Shown here: piece by piece, positions 43,971 through 57,300 of the stretch
Layout of the letters: the number at the start of each line of letters is the position of its first letter
How positions within the stretch are numbered: position 1 is the first letter of the stretch
DNA from: Eukaryota sp. TZLM1-RC
Taxonomy: Eukaryota > Protista > Metamonada: BaSk clade
Direction: 5' to 3'
NCBI GenBank assembly: GCA_040285825.1
Contig: JAUPSS010000004.1
Span: forward strand, 2,832,550-2,896,549
Length of the DNA stretch: 64,000 nt
Notes under the pieces: model-generated
The model's database searches: none
Told to the model about the DNA's origin: nothing
The model's input: the letters and a program-made list of their open reading frames with translations, nothing else
Made by a program: the position numbers and the translations under genes

Positions 43971-46347
43971 TTGTATTTATTGAACTTGCACACTTAATTA
44001 AAATAACTGATAACTAATGGGACGACTATCATTGAACCAAGATTTCCTCTACAAAATCTTGATCTGCTTGCTGTCTAGCTAAAGCTTCTCTTATTCGATT
44101 GAAAAACCGAGGTAATCTATTAATAATGGCAAATTGAATCCGTGAACGCCATAAAGAAATATCAAATCTTTTCATTGTTATTTCTTGCACCATTTTTTGG
44201 AAGTCATTCAAAAAAGTTTCTGCTTCATTTGATAATCTTCCATTTATCGAAAATGGGAAAGCAATAAAAACCAGCTGTGTATTTCTATCGGCATTAGCCT
44301 CTTCAATATCTTTATCATATTTTCTATGTTTCTCTTTTGCTTTAAAATCAAGAGCAGTCACAGGATAAAGTTTTCTTCTGTGAACCAAAGTATCATTTGC
44401 AACATTACATGAGACAAAGTCAACAATAGCTTCAGAATTATCAATCCAATTACAGTATACATCGCCTCTATCATCAGAACCAAAATTATTCAGAGAAAGT
44501 GTTTTCTTCAGCAGGGGCTCTTTGATACACGATATTCTTGCAGTTTGTGCCATATTGAAAACAATGTTTCTAACAGCATCATGTAATGAAGAACGATAAG
44601 TGATCAATTTAGAGCAATTTAGAGCATGGCGCAAAGTGAGTTGAGGTGAATTTGAACAAATACATTTTTCTTTTGATAATAATTGATTAATGGGGATATT
44701 CAAATATAATCTCATTTTTGTTACAAATGCTTCGTTAGTGGCACACAATCCAAATCATCGTGGTACAATGGTTACAGTAAGTGAAGAATCTGAAGACTTG
44801 CTTTCACAAACACCCTTTTCCAATAACAATGAGTGAAGAACTTGATTTAAAACAGCCGAGCTGCATGTATTATTATAAAGATCATTTTCATACATTCCAG
44901 TCAATCGTTTCTGTAATGTTCGAAGTGTACTTCAAATTTAAAACATTCTTTTCTGGAATATTGCCATTGAATGATTGGGGAAAGCATCGGCCCCACTTTT
45001 CTGCACCAATTTTGGAAATTTCTTCATTTAATGCAAAAACAGTGGAACTTTGAATATTGAGGAAATAAATAGGGAACCTGAGCATACAGAATCTAAAATT
45101 TGAAAAACATCTTATTTTTTATATCTTATTTTCTTTTCAAATCCGCTTTTATTCAACAACAAATATGAAATACACAATTAAAACTCCACATCCTCAAAAC
45201 CTGCATCCCCTACATCAAAACAATTAATTGCCAAAGATTCAGAAAATTTCCCAAAAGAAGACAGTGAATCAGAAATCAGTTTTACCATTCCCTTAAAAAT
45301 AGAAAATACAATCCTGTTTTGCCAGTAAACACGATTGAAAATTTTTCCAGTTCTTTCCTTTACAACTACAACAAAATCCTCAAGGAAAGCCATAGCAGCC
45401 TTACCCAAAAATCCAAGCAAAGAAAAAACAAAGTGATATAAATTATATTGGGCATGAGAATTTTCATTAATCGAGGAAATGGGTTTCGCATATTTAGCAA
45501 TTTTATATTTTTTGCCTGCAAGAAGAGGATTATTTGCATCCGAGTTAATGAGATGTTCGTTAGAGGCATTACAAGGGTCGTCATCAATAAATCTGCCCAA
45601 TCTGCAAATCTTTCGGAAAATTCAAAAAATGCATTTCTGCATCCACCAACAAAAGCACACGAGGTAAGAATAGAAGCCTTTGTCCACCCTAAACCGCCAT
45701 AATCTGGACTGAGGTAAGCATGATCTGGAATTTGGAACATTTTACATCCCAGTAATTGAGACAGAACTTTTGCATGTAATTCATTCAACTTCTGAGCCAA
45801 AGGCCTAGTGACAAGAGGATTTGTATATCGAAATATATGATTGAAATTGGAACTAAAACACAGTCTTATAATGGTAAATTTGATGTGTTTTTGTATATCT
45901 AAATTCATCATTCGGTCAATTTTGTCGGAAATTGAATTCAACTTTTCAAACAATTTTTTGGTAATTTCATCATTATTTCCTAAAAACGAACCCAAATGAC
46001 GAATAGCATCAATTGAATATAATTTGGCTTGAATTTTAATACCATCACCTATTGTGGAAATTGGAGAATTCGATGACAAATCACATTTAAGTAAATTAAG
46101 TCGGAGACCAATTTTGGTAAATATTTCTTTAAAACATACAGTTGCTTGTTTCACAATATTTAAATCACCAATAAGCACAACATCATCCATATATGCAATC
46201 ATTTTTAGCGAAGGAAACATCTCTTGAATTTGCAATAAAATCGGATGAATGGCCGAACAAAACAGAAGCGGTCCCAATGGATCTCCTTGCTTTACACCAC
46301 TTGCTGAACTCAAAATGCAATCACCAAAATGTAAATTAGAATATGTG
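43971..46347 (-). mobile_element. 5'-truncated CRE-like family-1 copy interrupted at ~45053-45580 by a family-2 3' fragment
   Basis: RT (GVKQGDP, AYMDD) 46313-45580 and RLE 45053-44029 are collinear with the 35358-37815 copy. The insert is nearly identical to 24971-25400. Confidence 0.9.
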
Positions 46348-47600
46348 CTTCCTTATTAGAGATGAATCCTGAGCTTATTCGAGCTCACTTGTTCTCTTCT
46401 TCACAATTTGGTGGTATTGGCTTTACCAAATCCTCGATTCTTTGTCAAGCAGCTTTGGTTGGTGGTGTTAAAAATTTTATGTTTGAATTTCTTAATCGTT
46501 TCCCTGAAGATATTCATTTGCATAGTCCATCATTTTCAAAATATTTGTATGACCTTGATGTTGCTATTAATAAAATTTCTCCAGAAATTTGGTGTCAATG
46601 TTTTCCCGACTCAGTTCAAGAGATTCCTGAACGAAATTTAGTTAATTTAAGGCATTGTGTGAAGAAGCCTCAACAAAAACTGACAGTAATAATTGAAGGC
46701 TTGGATTATGAAGTACGTCTTGGCATGGCCAAGAAAAAAAATCCCGCTTTTGCAAATTTTTTACTGGATGTTTGTGATAGTTCTGCCTCTTGTTTGATTA
46801 ATCAAGTACCAAGAGTTTATGGTTTGTTTCTCAATGACCCTTGCTTTGTGTTATCTATGCGTCTTCGATCTTTTTGGCCTGATAATCTTCCCCATGGATT
46901 AATTTGTAAATGTGGAAAGTCTGTCACTCCAACCCATTTATTTAATTGTAATCGATTAATTACTTTTAGATCAAAAGTACATGATGCAGTTCGTGATCAG
47001 CTCTATTGTTTGTTTAAGTCCCACCATATTGAATCTTTTTTAGAACCTTTGCTTTCAAATCTGGCTGATGAATCTGACAATAATTCTTTTGGTGACAGCC
47101 GTGGTGATGTGCTAGTTCCCAGACTTGATGGATCAATGATTATTATTGATGTCAGATCTACTGATGTATCAAACAGCTCAAATTAAAAACTGGCACAATC
47201 TTATAATTCACCTTTGCGTAGTTCTGAAGAAGCGAAAATTATCAAGTACACAGAAAAAATCAATAATCTGAATTCCAACTCACATACTCAATACCTTCTT
47301 TGTTCTTTTGCTTTTTCTTTATTTGGAACCTTGGGTAAAACCGCTTTATCATTTCTAGATGATTTCACTACTATTGTCAAAAATAGAACTGGAAGAATAT
47401 TTTACTGAACCTTTTGGCAAAATAGAATTGTATTTTCCATTTTTAAGGGGATGCATAGTCTTGTTTCTAGCTCGTTGTTATCACTAGGAAGATATTATGA
47501 AGAAAAGGTTGAAGGTAAATTTTCAATGATAGATGTGGAGTTTGAGGAAATAGATTTTTAGTTTTTAACATTTTTGTTTAAATAAATAAAAAGGTGAGTT
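46348..47600 (+). mobile_element. 5'-truncated CRE-like family-2 element (thumb + CCHC/RLE)
   Basis: QFGGIGFTKS, CKCG..THLFNC..KVHDAVRD..EP..RGDVL..IDVR, WQNRIVFSIFKG, A-rich tail. Confidence 0.88.
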
Positions 47601-47859
47601 AAAAAAACAATATGTGCTATATGTTGATTGAAAATACGGCATTAATTCAGGCATATATTGCAATAAAGCACCATGGATACTGGATCAAGTTTTGAGTATA
47701 AGTTGGTCAACTATAACTGGATTCGCATTTTTACATAACTTTTTTTTTGAAACTTAGACCATGTATGTAAAAGCACTTTTAAAGACAAGCAAAATAAGCA
47801 TATTTCTCTAATAAGTGATATCGAAAGTTTTTAAACTTCTTGACACATTTTGAAAAGAT

Positions 47860-48070
47860 AAATATTTATTGAACATGCACACTCAAAAAATTCAATTCAT
47901 AACTAATAGGACGAAAATCATTGAACCAAGTTTTCCTCTACAAATTCTTGATATGCAATTCAAAAAATCTTTTTATCAAAATGAGTTCAATAATTTTATA
48001 TTTATTGAGCATGCACACTTAATTAAATTAACTCATAACTAATGGGACGACTATCATTGAACCAAGTTTT
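47860..48070 (-). mobile_element. Two tandem very short family-1 3'-end insertions
   Basis: Two copies of the family-1 terminal segment (TTTATTGA.CATGCACACT..CATAACTAATGGGACGA..CATTGAACCAAG). Confidence 0.75.
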
Positions 48071-50768
48071 CCAAATAGACGGCGTTTTCATATACATAGA
48101 TGACATCATAATAGTCGGTACTTCATTTGATGAATTCTACAAAAGACTACAAAGAGTCCTCGAATGCGCCAGAAAAAGATGGGTAAACATTGGTTTACGA
48201 AAATGCAAATTCGTCACAGCCAAACACCCCATTGACATATTAGGAAGCATCTTGCAGAACAAAACTAGGTTTATCAGCAAGAAAAAGATTGAAATCGTTA
48301 TGAAAATACCCAGACCAAAAACAGTGAAAAAGGTTCGCTCCTTGGTTGGATCAATCAATTTTATAAGAGATTGGCTCTTTGGAATATCTCAATTAATAGC
48401 TCCAATTAACGAGTTAATAAAAGGAAAACCTAGAATTATCAAATGGACCAATGACCATGACGATCATCTTACAAATCAAAGATTTAATAGTAAACCACAT
48501 GGCCCTTGAATTACCAGCTCCGGGCAAGCCAGTATTAACAAGTACTGACGCTTCAGATGTGCAGTAGGAGGCGTAATTTGGCAAGAAATCGAACCCTACT
48601 CCCCTGCATTTTACCTCATAATTTAATTTGTAAATGTTCTCGAGAAATTACACCTACTCATTTGTTAAATTGTAAACATTTTATTACTTTTAGAAGCAAA
48701 GTTCATGATGCTGTAAGAGACCAGTTATATTGTATGTGTAAATCTCATAGAATTGAATCCTTCTTGGAACCTCTGTTGTAAAATCTGTTTGATGCTGAAG
48801 ATCATTTTCATAAGAATAATAGAGGTGATGTTATATTACCTGGATTAGATGGAAGTTTCATTTTATTGGATGTAATGTCTGTTGATCCTTGTAATGCCTC
48901 AAATGAAAGGCTAGTTAATTCTGAAATTCATAATCCCCTTTCAAATGCTGAAAATTTTAAATTCAAAAAATACAATGAACCTTTGTCCAAATTGGCCAGT
49001 CTACAGCATGCAAAATACAATTTGTATCCATTTGTATTTTCCCTTTTTGGTTCACTTGCACCAACTGCTTTACGTTTTTTGGATGATTTTGAATTGATTG
49101 TAAAGAGAAGAACTGGGAGAAATTTCAACAGATTGTTTTGGCAAAATAGAATTATGTTTTCTATTTTTAAGGGGATGTTGAAGATGGTTTCTGATGCTTT
49201 GCTGTCTCTTGGTTCTCACTATGAACGAGTTGCATCTAGTGTTTTTGTTTTGGGAGAGATGGACTTTTTAGATGTTGATTTATAGGATTTGAATAAAATT
49301 AAAATTTTTGGTCAAAAAAAACTCCCCTGCATCAACCCTGCTAAATAAAAGGAAAATAAAACCTTTGTCATTCTATAGTAGATTACTTATAGAAACACAA
49401 AGAAATTGGTCCACTTTACAAGAATTATATGCAATACTTTTGATTTTAACTGAAAGTTGTTTAGAAAGCTACCTTTCAACTAGACATTTAACAATTTTCA
49501 CTGATCACAAAAACATTGCATTCCTGGCTAAAGCCCCAAAGAAGGATAGAATTGTAAAGAGATGGCTGCTGATACTATCTGAATTCGACTTTGACATAGT
49601 CCACGAACCAGGTGAAGAAAACAAATGGGCAGATATGCTATTGAGGAATATTGATTTGGATCAATATGAGGAAACTCCTGAATACGAGATACTTTACTTT
49701 CGAATTATGAGATACCTCCACTCAACAATAATTCTGTTTCGAATTTTGAAGATATCCCATCAATCTCATCCCTCAGTAGACACTAAGACTTACTTATTTT
49801 TCTTCTTGGTTCTCTAAGATAAGATCTGAACAACAAATAGCCAAAGACAACAATGACTCTTTATTTGAAAATGGAATTCTAGAGGAAAATACTCAAATTT
49901 GGAAAAAATAATAAAAATAAAAATTTTAATCCCAAAGAGCCTCAGAAAACAGGCACTACTATTAATACATGGTTTGGTTCAATCTGGTCACCCCAGCAAA
50001 AACGACAGTTTACACAAACTATCCAAAAGTGATTTCTACTGGCCTAATATGAGAAAGGGCCTTATAAATTATGTCAAAAGTTGCCCGAGTTGTCAAAAAA
50101 CGGCTTCAGCTAAAAGAACACAAACACCTTCCACAGGATTTCTATGGGCAGATCGTCCATTTGCCAGATTAAACGTCGATACAATAGGACCTCTGAACAT
50201 TGACACCGAAGGAAATAAATATTTATTAGTTTTTGTAGACTCTTTTACTGGATATACAATTTTAGTCCCTCTAAAAGAACTCAATGCCTTAGAAAACGCA
50301 GATGCTTTGATTTGGAATGTTTGCGCCATCTTTGGCATACCTATGTTAATTCATAACGATAATGGACCTGAGTTCGTCAATGAGACTTTCAAATTAGTGT
50401 GTAACAGATTAGCGATTGAGATGAGTAACTCAATTCCCCACTATTCAGAAAGTAATGGACTTGTAGAACGTAAACATAGAGACGTTCTTCAATGCTTAAG
50501 GAAACTATTAATAGTTTGTAATGATCACAGGAAACAGTCTCCTTATGTACCTATATCACAACTATTAATAAATTCTACTAAAAGCAGAAAAACTGGTTTT
50601 ACCCCCTACGAACTTATGTTCGGTTCTTCGATTAGTCCAAGAACAGACCCTGCTAACATATTAGGGAATTTATCCAAATTTGAAACTAATATCCCTTTAT
50701 TAGATGACATCAAAATGAAAAATACTCGTCTACAAGAAAAAAGGGAAGAAGCAGTGTTGGCGCCCTAA
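48071..50768 (+). mobile_element. Ty3/Gypsy-type pol relic (RT C-term, RNase H, H2C2 + DDE integrase), interrupted by a CRE-like insertion
   Basis: FIYIDDIIIVG, STDASD, FYSR....QRNWST.QELYAI, FTDHKN, H..SGHP..FYWPNM..CPSCQK, LNVDTIGPL, NDNGPEF, SNGLVER, TGFTPYELMFG. No LTRs seen. Confidence 0.9.
48610..49320 (+). mobile_element. 5'-truncated CRE-like family-2 element nested in the Gypsy pol
   Basis: RLE motifs, A7 tail at 49314-49320, exact 12-bp TSD ACTCCCCTGCAT at 48598-48609 and 49321-49332. Confidence 0.92.
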
Positions 50769-51345
50769 GGCTTATATAATATGAATAGAAAATAAATCAG
50801 ACTTTTCTTTACTACAATAGACTTAGGCAACATTAAACACTTTTTAATTTTAGCTTTCATAAATAATTTCATATTGAATATACTAAAAACGATCATTGCT
50901 AAAAAGCTATTAATTAAACTACTTATACAATTTGTTGACTCTATATTTCAGGACAAACTGTGTCCGAAAAACCAGGCAGCATTTGAGGATCTGGTCTAGA
51001 GGAAATTAATAAAAGAAGATTTACTAAACCCACAATGTTGAAAATAGACTTGACATTTATGTATAGACCATACGGCCTTATTAGCAGGTGTAAATCCCAC
51101 AAAAGGGCACAAACTGCGCGACCTTTAGCATTGTACGAAAGTTTCACTGATAGGGAAAGAGTATCAGCTTGTTACAACAGATATATATCTCCAATTGATC
51201 ACAATGGGGTGTTGAAAACGACAGACAAAAGTAGAAAGATGCATAAAAGTGTATAGTGAAAGGTCTGAAATCATTTCAACCTAAATTTTCACAAAAAACT
51301 ATGGATCAAAAACAAAAAATTTATACAAAAACAACTATACAAAAT

Positions 51346-54300
51346 CTACTGAGGGATAGCGGCGGAAATTTTATCAATCCAACGATCACGCTCTTCCTTA
51401 CATGTTGCCAGCAGGTAAAACTCACGCTGGCCAGGTTGAGATTGGAAAACAAGAAAACGCGACAAAGCCTTTGATAACTTGAGAGATTGGTACTGTGCCA
51501 AGCTAGGTTCAGCCACCACAGATTCTTGTTTAATAATTAAACTGTTTTTAGCAGTGTCATCGAATGGATCAGCATAGTAGTTGAGTGTACAGTGTTTCAG
51601 TACAAACCACCTTCTTTTCCAAGTTTTGAAGAATCCACCTCGTTTTGTGAGGTAACCTTCGAAATATACACTGGATGGTTTTGAATGATTTTTAACACAT
51701 ATAAGGGTCGATGTTTGAGAAATATCAACATTAGTTGAAGAGACGACTTGTTCAGTTGAATCTTCTTGATCAGCTTCAATTTCCATGGTTGATAATTCTT
51801 CCACTTGGGGTGATTTCTCGACTTGTTCAGTTGAATCTTCTTGATCAGCTTCAATTTCCATGGTTGATAATTCTTCCACTTGGGGTGATTTCTCGACTTG
51901 TTCAGTTGAATCTTCTTGATCAGCTTCAATTTCCATGGTTGATAATTCTTCCACTTGAGGTGATTTCTCGACTGGTTCAGTTGAATCTTCTTGATCAGCT
52001 TCAATTTCCATGGTTGATAATTCTTCCACTTGGGGTGATTTCTCGACTTGTTCAGTTGAATCTTCTTGATCAGCTTCAATTTCCATGGTTGATAATTCTT
52101 CCACTTGGGGTGATTTCTCGACTTGTTCAGTTGAATCTTCTTGATCAGCTTCAATTTCCATGGTTGATAATTCTTCCACTTGGGGTGATTTCTCGACTTG
52201 TTCAGTTGAATCTTCTTGATCAGCTTCAATTTCCATGGTTGATAATTCTTCCACTTGGGGTGATTTCTCGACTTGTTCAGTTGAATCTTCTTGATCAGCT
52301 TCAATTTCCATGGTTGATAATTCTTCCTCTTGGGGTGATTTCTCGACTTGTTCAGTCGAATCTTCTTGATCAGCTTCAATTTCCATGGTTGATAATTCTT
52401 CCACTTGGGGTGATTTCTCGACTTGTTCAGTTGAAGCTTCTTGATCGGCTTCAATTTTCATGGTTGATAATTCTTCCACTTGGGGTGATTTCTCGACTTG
52501 TTCAGTTGAATCTTCTTGATCAGCTTCAATTTCCATGGTTGATAATTCTTCCACTTGGGGTGATTTCTCGACTTGTTCAGTCGAATCTTCTTGATCAGCT
52601 TCAATTTCCATGGTTGATAATTCTTCCTCTTGGGGTGATTTCTCGACTTGTTCAGTCGAATCTTCTTGATCAGCTTCAATTTCCATGGTTGATAATTCTT
52701 CCTCTTGGGGTGATTTCTCGACTTGTTCAGTCGAATCTTCTTGATCAGCTTCAATTTCCATGGTTGATAATTCTTCCTCTTGGGGTGATTTCTCGACTTG
52801 TTCAGTCGAATCTTCTTGATCAGCTTCAATTTCCATGGTTGATAATTCTTCCACTTGGGGTGATTTCTCGACTTGTTCAGTCGAATCTTCTTGATCAGCT
52901 TCAATTTCCATGGTTGATAATTCTTCCTCTTGGGGTGATTTCTCGACTTGTTCAGTCGAATCTTCTTGATCAGCTTCAATTTCCATGGTTGATAATTCTT
53001 CCTCTTGGGGTGATTTCTCGACTTGTTCAGTCGAATCTTCTTGATCAGCTTCAATTTCCATGGTTGATAATTCTTCCACTTGGGGTGATTTCTCGACTTG
53101 TTCAGTCGAATCTTCTTGATCAGCTTCAATTTCCATGGTTGATAATTCTTCCTCTTGGGGTGATTTCTCGACTTGTTCAGTCGAATCTTCTTGATCAGCT
53201 TCAATTTCCATGGTTGATAATTCTTCCACTTGGGGTGATTTCTCGACTTGTTCAGTTGAATCTTCTTGATCAGCTTCAATTTCCATGGTTGATAATTCTT
53301 CCACTTGGGGTGATTTCTCGACTTGTTCAGTTGAATCTTCTTGATCAGCTTCAATTTCCATGGTTGATAATTCTTCCACTTGGGGTGATTTCTCGACTTG
53401 TTCAGTTGAATCTTCTTGATCGGCTTCAATTTCCATGGTTGATAATTCTTCCACTTGGGGTGATTTCTCGACTTGTTCAGTTGAATCTTCTTGATCAGCT
53501 TCAATTTCCATGGTTGATAATTCTTCCACTTGGGGTGATTTCTCGACTTGTTCAGTTGAATCTTCTTGATCAGCTTCAATTTCCATGGTTGATAATTCTT
53601 CCTCTTGGGGTGATTTCTCGACTTGTTCAGTCGAATCTTCTTGATCAGCTTCAATTTCCATGGTTGATAATTCTTCCACTTGGGGTGATTTCTCGACTTG
53701 TTCAGTTGAAGCTTCTTGATCGGCTTCAATTTTCATGGTTGATAATTCTTCCACTTGGGGTGATTTCTCGACTTGTTCAGTTGAATCTTCTTGATCAGCT
53801 TCAATTTCCATGGTTGATAATTCTTCCACTTGGGGTGATTTCTCGACTTGTTCAGTTGAATCTTCTTGATCGGCTTCAATTTCCATGGTTGATAATTCTT
53901 CCACTTGGGGTGATTTCTCGACTTGTTCAGTTGAATCTTCTTGATCAGCTTCAATTTCCATGGTTGATAATTCTTCCACTTGGGGTGATTTCTCGACTTG
54001 TTCAGTTGAATCTTCTTGATCAGCTTCAATTTCCATGGTTGATAATTCTTCCTCTTGGGGTGATTTCTCGACTTGTTCAGTCGAATCTTCTTGATCAGCT
54101 TCAATTTCCATGGTTGATAATTCTTCCACTTGGGGTGATTTCTCGACTTGTTCAGTTGAAGCTTCTTGATCGGCTTCAATTTTCATGGTTGATAATTCTT
54201 CCACTTGGGGTGATTTCTCGACTTGTTCAGTTGAATCTTCTTGATCAGCTTCAATTTCCATGGTTGATAATTCTTCCACTTGGGGTGATTTCTCGACTTG

Positions 54301-57300
54301 TTCAGTCGAATCTTCTTGATCAGCATTCATTTCTTCTTTAAGCGAGTTTTCTTCAATCAGAGCTTGTTCACCTAAGGTAACAATAGTAAATGTATTTCTA
54401 TATTCACCAAAGAAATATTTGCTAATTTCCCCAGTTATATAAAGTTTTTCATTTGAAACAAGTACAGAGCCATTTTGCAAAGCCTTTACTCCAGTAACAT
54501 TGTCAATATTTGGAATTTCAGTTAAAATTTGTGCTTCTTTAACTTCTCCTAGACCAATTTGGCCTTGAGAATTATCACCAATTACCATAACTTTACCTTC
54601 CTCTGTTACAAACATTGAAAAACCATCACCAGCAGCAATTGCTTTAACTTTGGGTAAATTTGGGATTATTTTGAAGAAATATGCATAATGAATATTAAAT
54701 CCGATTTCAAATTCGTTTCCATAATTCTCCTCTTCAAGTGGACGCCCATCATCTAAATCCACATCATCAGGAACATCATCAGGTCCATAACCAAGATTAA
54801 AACCGTTCATATTTCCCCAAGACACAACTTTACCATCATCACGTAAAGCGAGGCAATGAGTTTCGCTAGCTGAAAGTAACACTACTCTAGACAAACAACA
54901 AAGACGGCGAAGTTTCAAAATAGTGATAAAAACTGTCCCATCAGACTTCAAGAACCACTCCCTTCCTTCACGAGGAATCACCATTTGTACTACATCAGAA
55001 AAAAAGTCTTGTAGTTCATGATATTCCCCTTTAAAAACTTTTCCATGTTTATGTATCCAGAGCTTAGACTTATTATGGTCAATATTGACTAGATTCTTGA
55101 GCTCTGTGAGTTCAATGGGTGATCTCTCCAAAGATCTATACTGCTTTTTGTTACCAAATCTTATCTTATCAAGATCACGTCCACATCCAAACACATTACC
55201 ATTTACATCTTGAAAGTAAGATGTTTGATCAAAGGTGAAGACAGTACTTGAAGCAGTATTATTCGCATTATTAATCACTGTAAATTCAGAAATTCTTTCG
55301 TTATGGTCTTGTCCTAGTTCATGGTGCCTATTGCATCCCTTGCCCAACACCACTCCCTCGCTAGTAACGTAAAGAACTCTAGAACCAAAGTTGGCAATTC
55401 TATTGATATGATTTAATGCATTTTGACGAATTGACGTGTTCTTTTCGTTTGACCAATTAGTTAATGCAATGGGTTTAGGTCTAGGTTTTGTTCCAGTAGA
55501 CAAACAAACAGTTGGTTTGAATTGATGGAGAGGTTTGTTTTGGGCAAAAAAATGATCTATATGACCACATGTATGAACTATCCCATTTTTTAAACAAAAA
55601 GAGGCTCCATCACCTGCAGACACATGTTCAACAGCTTCAATGTGCAACAGTGTTGGACTAATCAAATTCCGTCTACCAACCCCACACTGACTGTATCCGT
55701 TACAACCAAAAGTATAAACAGTTCCTTCTTTGGTTAAACAAATAGCATGATCTTTTGATAATGAAACGTATTCGATAGGTGGAACATCGATAATTACAGG
55801 AGTTTCCATGGGAATTTCATCTAAACTACTGTGCTCTAAACCAAAATTTGTTCTACTTCCCCAACCTAATAAAGTTCCATCATTTAAAACTACTAAATGA
55901 GAATACTTCTTATCACTGAAATTTCCAATACAGATTTGCTTTACATTACGCAAATATGGATGGCATACCAATTGGCCACCAAAAGCTCCATAACGATCAG
56001 TATCCCATAACCAAAGGAAGCCATCAAAAGTAACAAAAGCAACAGATGATTTAAATGCAGATATTTGGCGGACATTTTGAATTTTACTTAAACGTTCTGC
56101 TTCAAAATCATCATCTATAATGAAAACGTTTCCATTAGCACAGAGCGCAAAGAAGTAAAGTTCACCTCCAAAAACAAAGTAATTGATTTCTTCACCATCC
56201 AACTCGGTAATATGATGGTATTTAAGACACCGTGGACCATAATCTTTGAATTTACAAGCATGATAGGTCAAACCAGATGTACCAATAATAGGATACAATT
56301 CCGTGGCATAAATCTGTGTAACATTAGGAAAATCAATAGTAACTTTACCTCCACTTCCATGACTCTTAAAAATGAATTCCTGTTCATTGATAACCATGGT
56401 AATGTTCAAATCATAGAGACTGACACAAGATCTAAACTTGTTAATCCATTTAATCCAAGACCTATCTGCTTCATAATCAATGAGTTGAGGATTCACAAAA
56501 CCTAAGGATGAATACACAATGGTTGGGTCTTTCTTAACTGCTTCTTGTTTTTGTATTTGAGGTGCTGTTTGATTCTTTTCAATGGAAGAATCTTTTACAG
56601 TGACAATTTCTTGATCGCTTTCTTGAGAATTATTTAATGGTAGTTCTTCTACTACTAATTGTGGATCATTTGATAATTCAGTGACATTTTCAATAGGATT
56701 AACTATTTCATTAGTAGTTCCACAATTCGAAAATCCCAGTAGAGATCCCAATAAGGAAAGACCAAAGTTAAGTGGATTATCGCCACATTCTATTTCAATA
56801 TCACAGTCTTGGACTTGAACCATTCCATCATCAACTAAACGCCATTTATCCCTGGATGAATATTTGAATTCAGATTTAACCAATTCTATAGTATCTAAAT
56901 CCAATTCTTTGTAACAGAATTGATCTAACAAGGGATAAATGATCACATTCATTATTTTAGTAAATGTATTTCTATATTCACCAAAGAAATATTTGCTAAT
57001 TTCCCCAGTGATATAAAGTTTTTCATTTGAAACAAGTACAGAGCCATTTTGCAAAGCCTTTACTCCAGTAACATTCTCAATATTTGGAATTTCAGTTATA
57101 ATTTGTGCTTCTTTAACTTCTCCAAGACCAATTTGGCCTTGAGAATTATCACCAATTACCATAACTTTACCTTGCTCTGTTACAAACAATGAAAAACCAT
57201 CACCAGCAGCAATTGCTTTAACTTTGGGTAAATTTGGGATCATTTTGAAATAGCAAACGTTTCCAAAACAATTCTCCCCTTCAGATGTAAAACACGAAGA

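Noticed and set aside
51742-54325. CRISPR-like array
   Set aside because: Pure tandem repeat with no unique spacers, in frame within a CDS.
51735-54341. 868-aa plus-strand ORF and alternate-frame minus ORFs over the repeat
   Set aside because: Artefacts of a stop-free 75-bp unit. The real frame is the one continuous with the RCC1 and PH domains.
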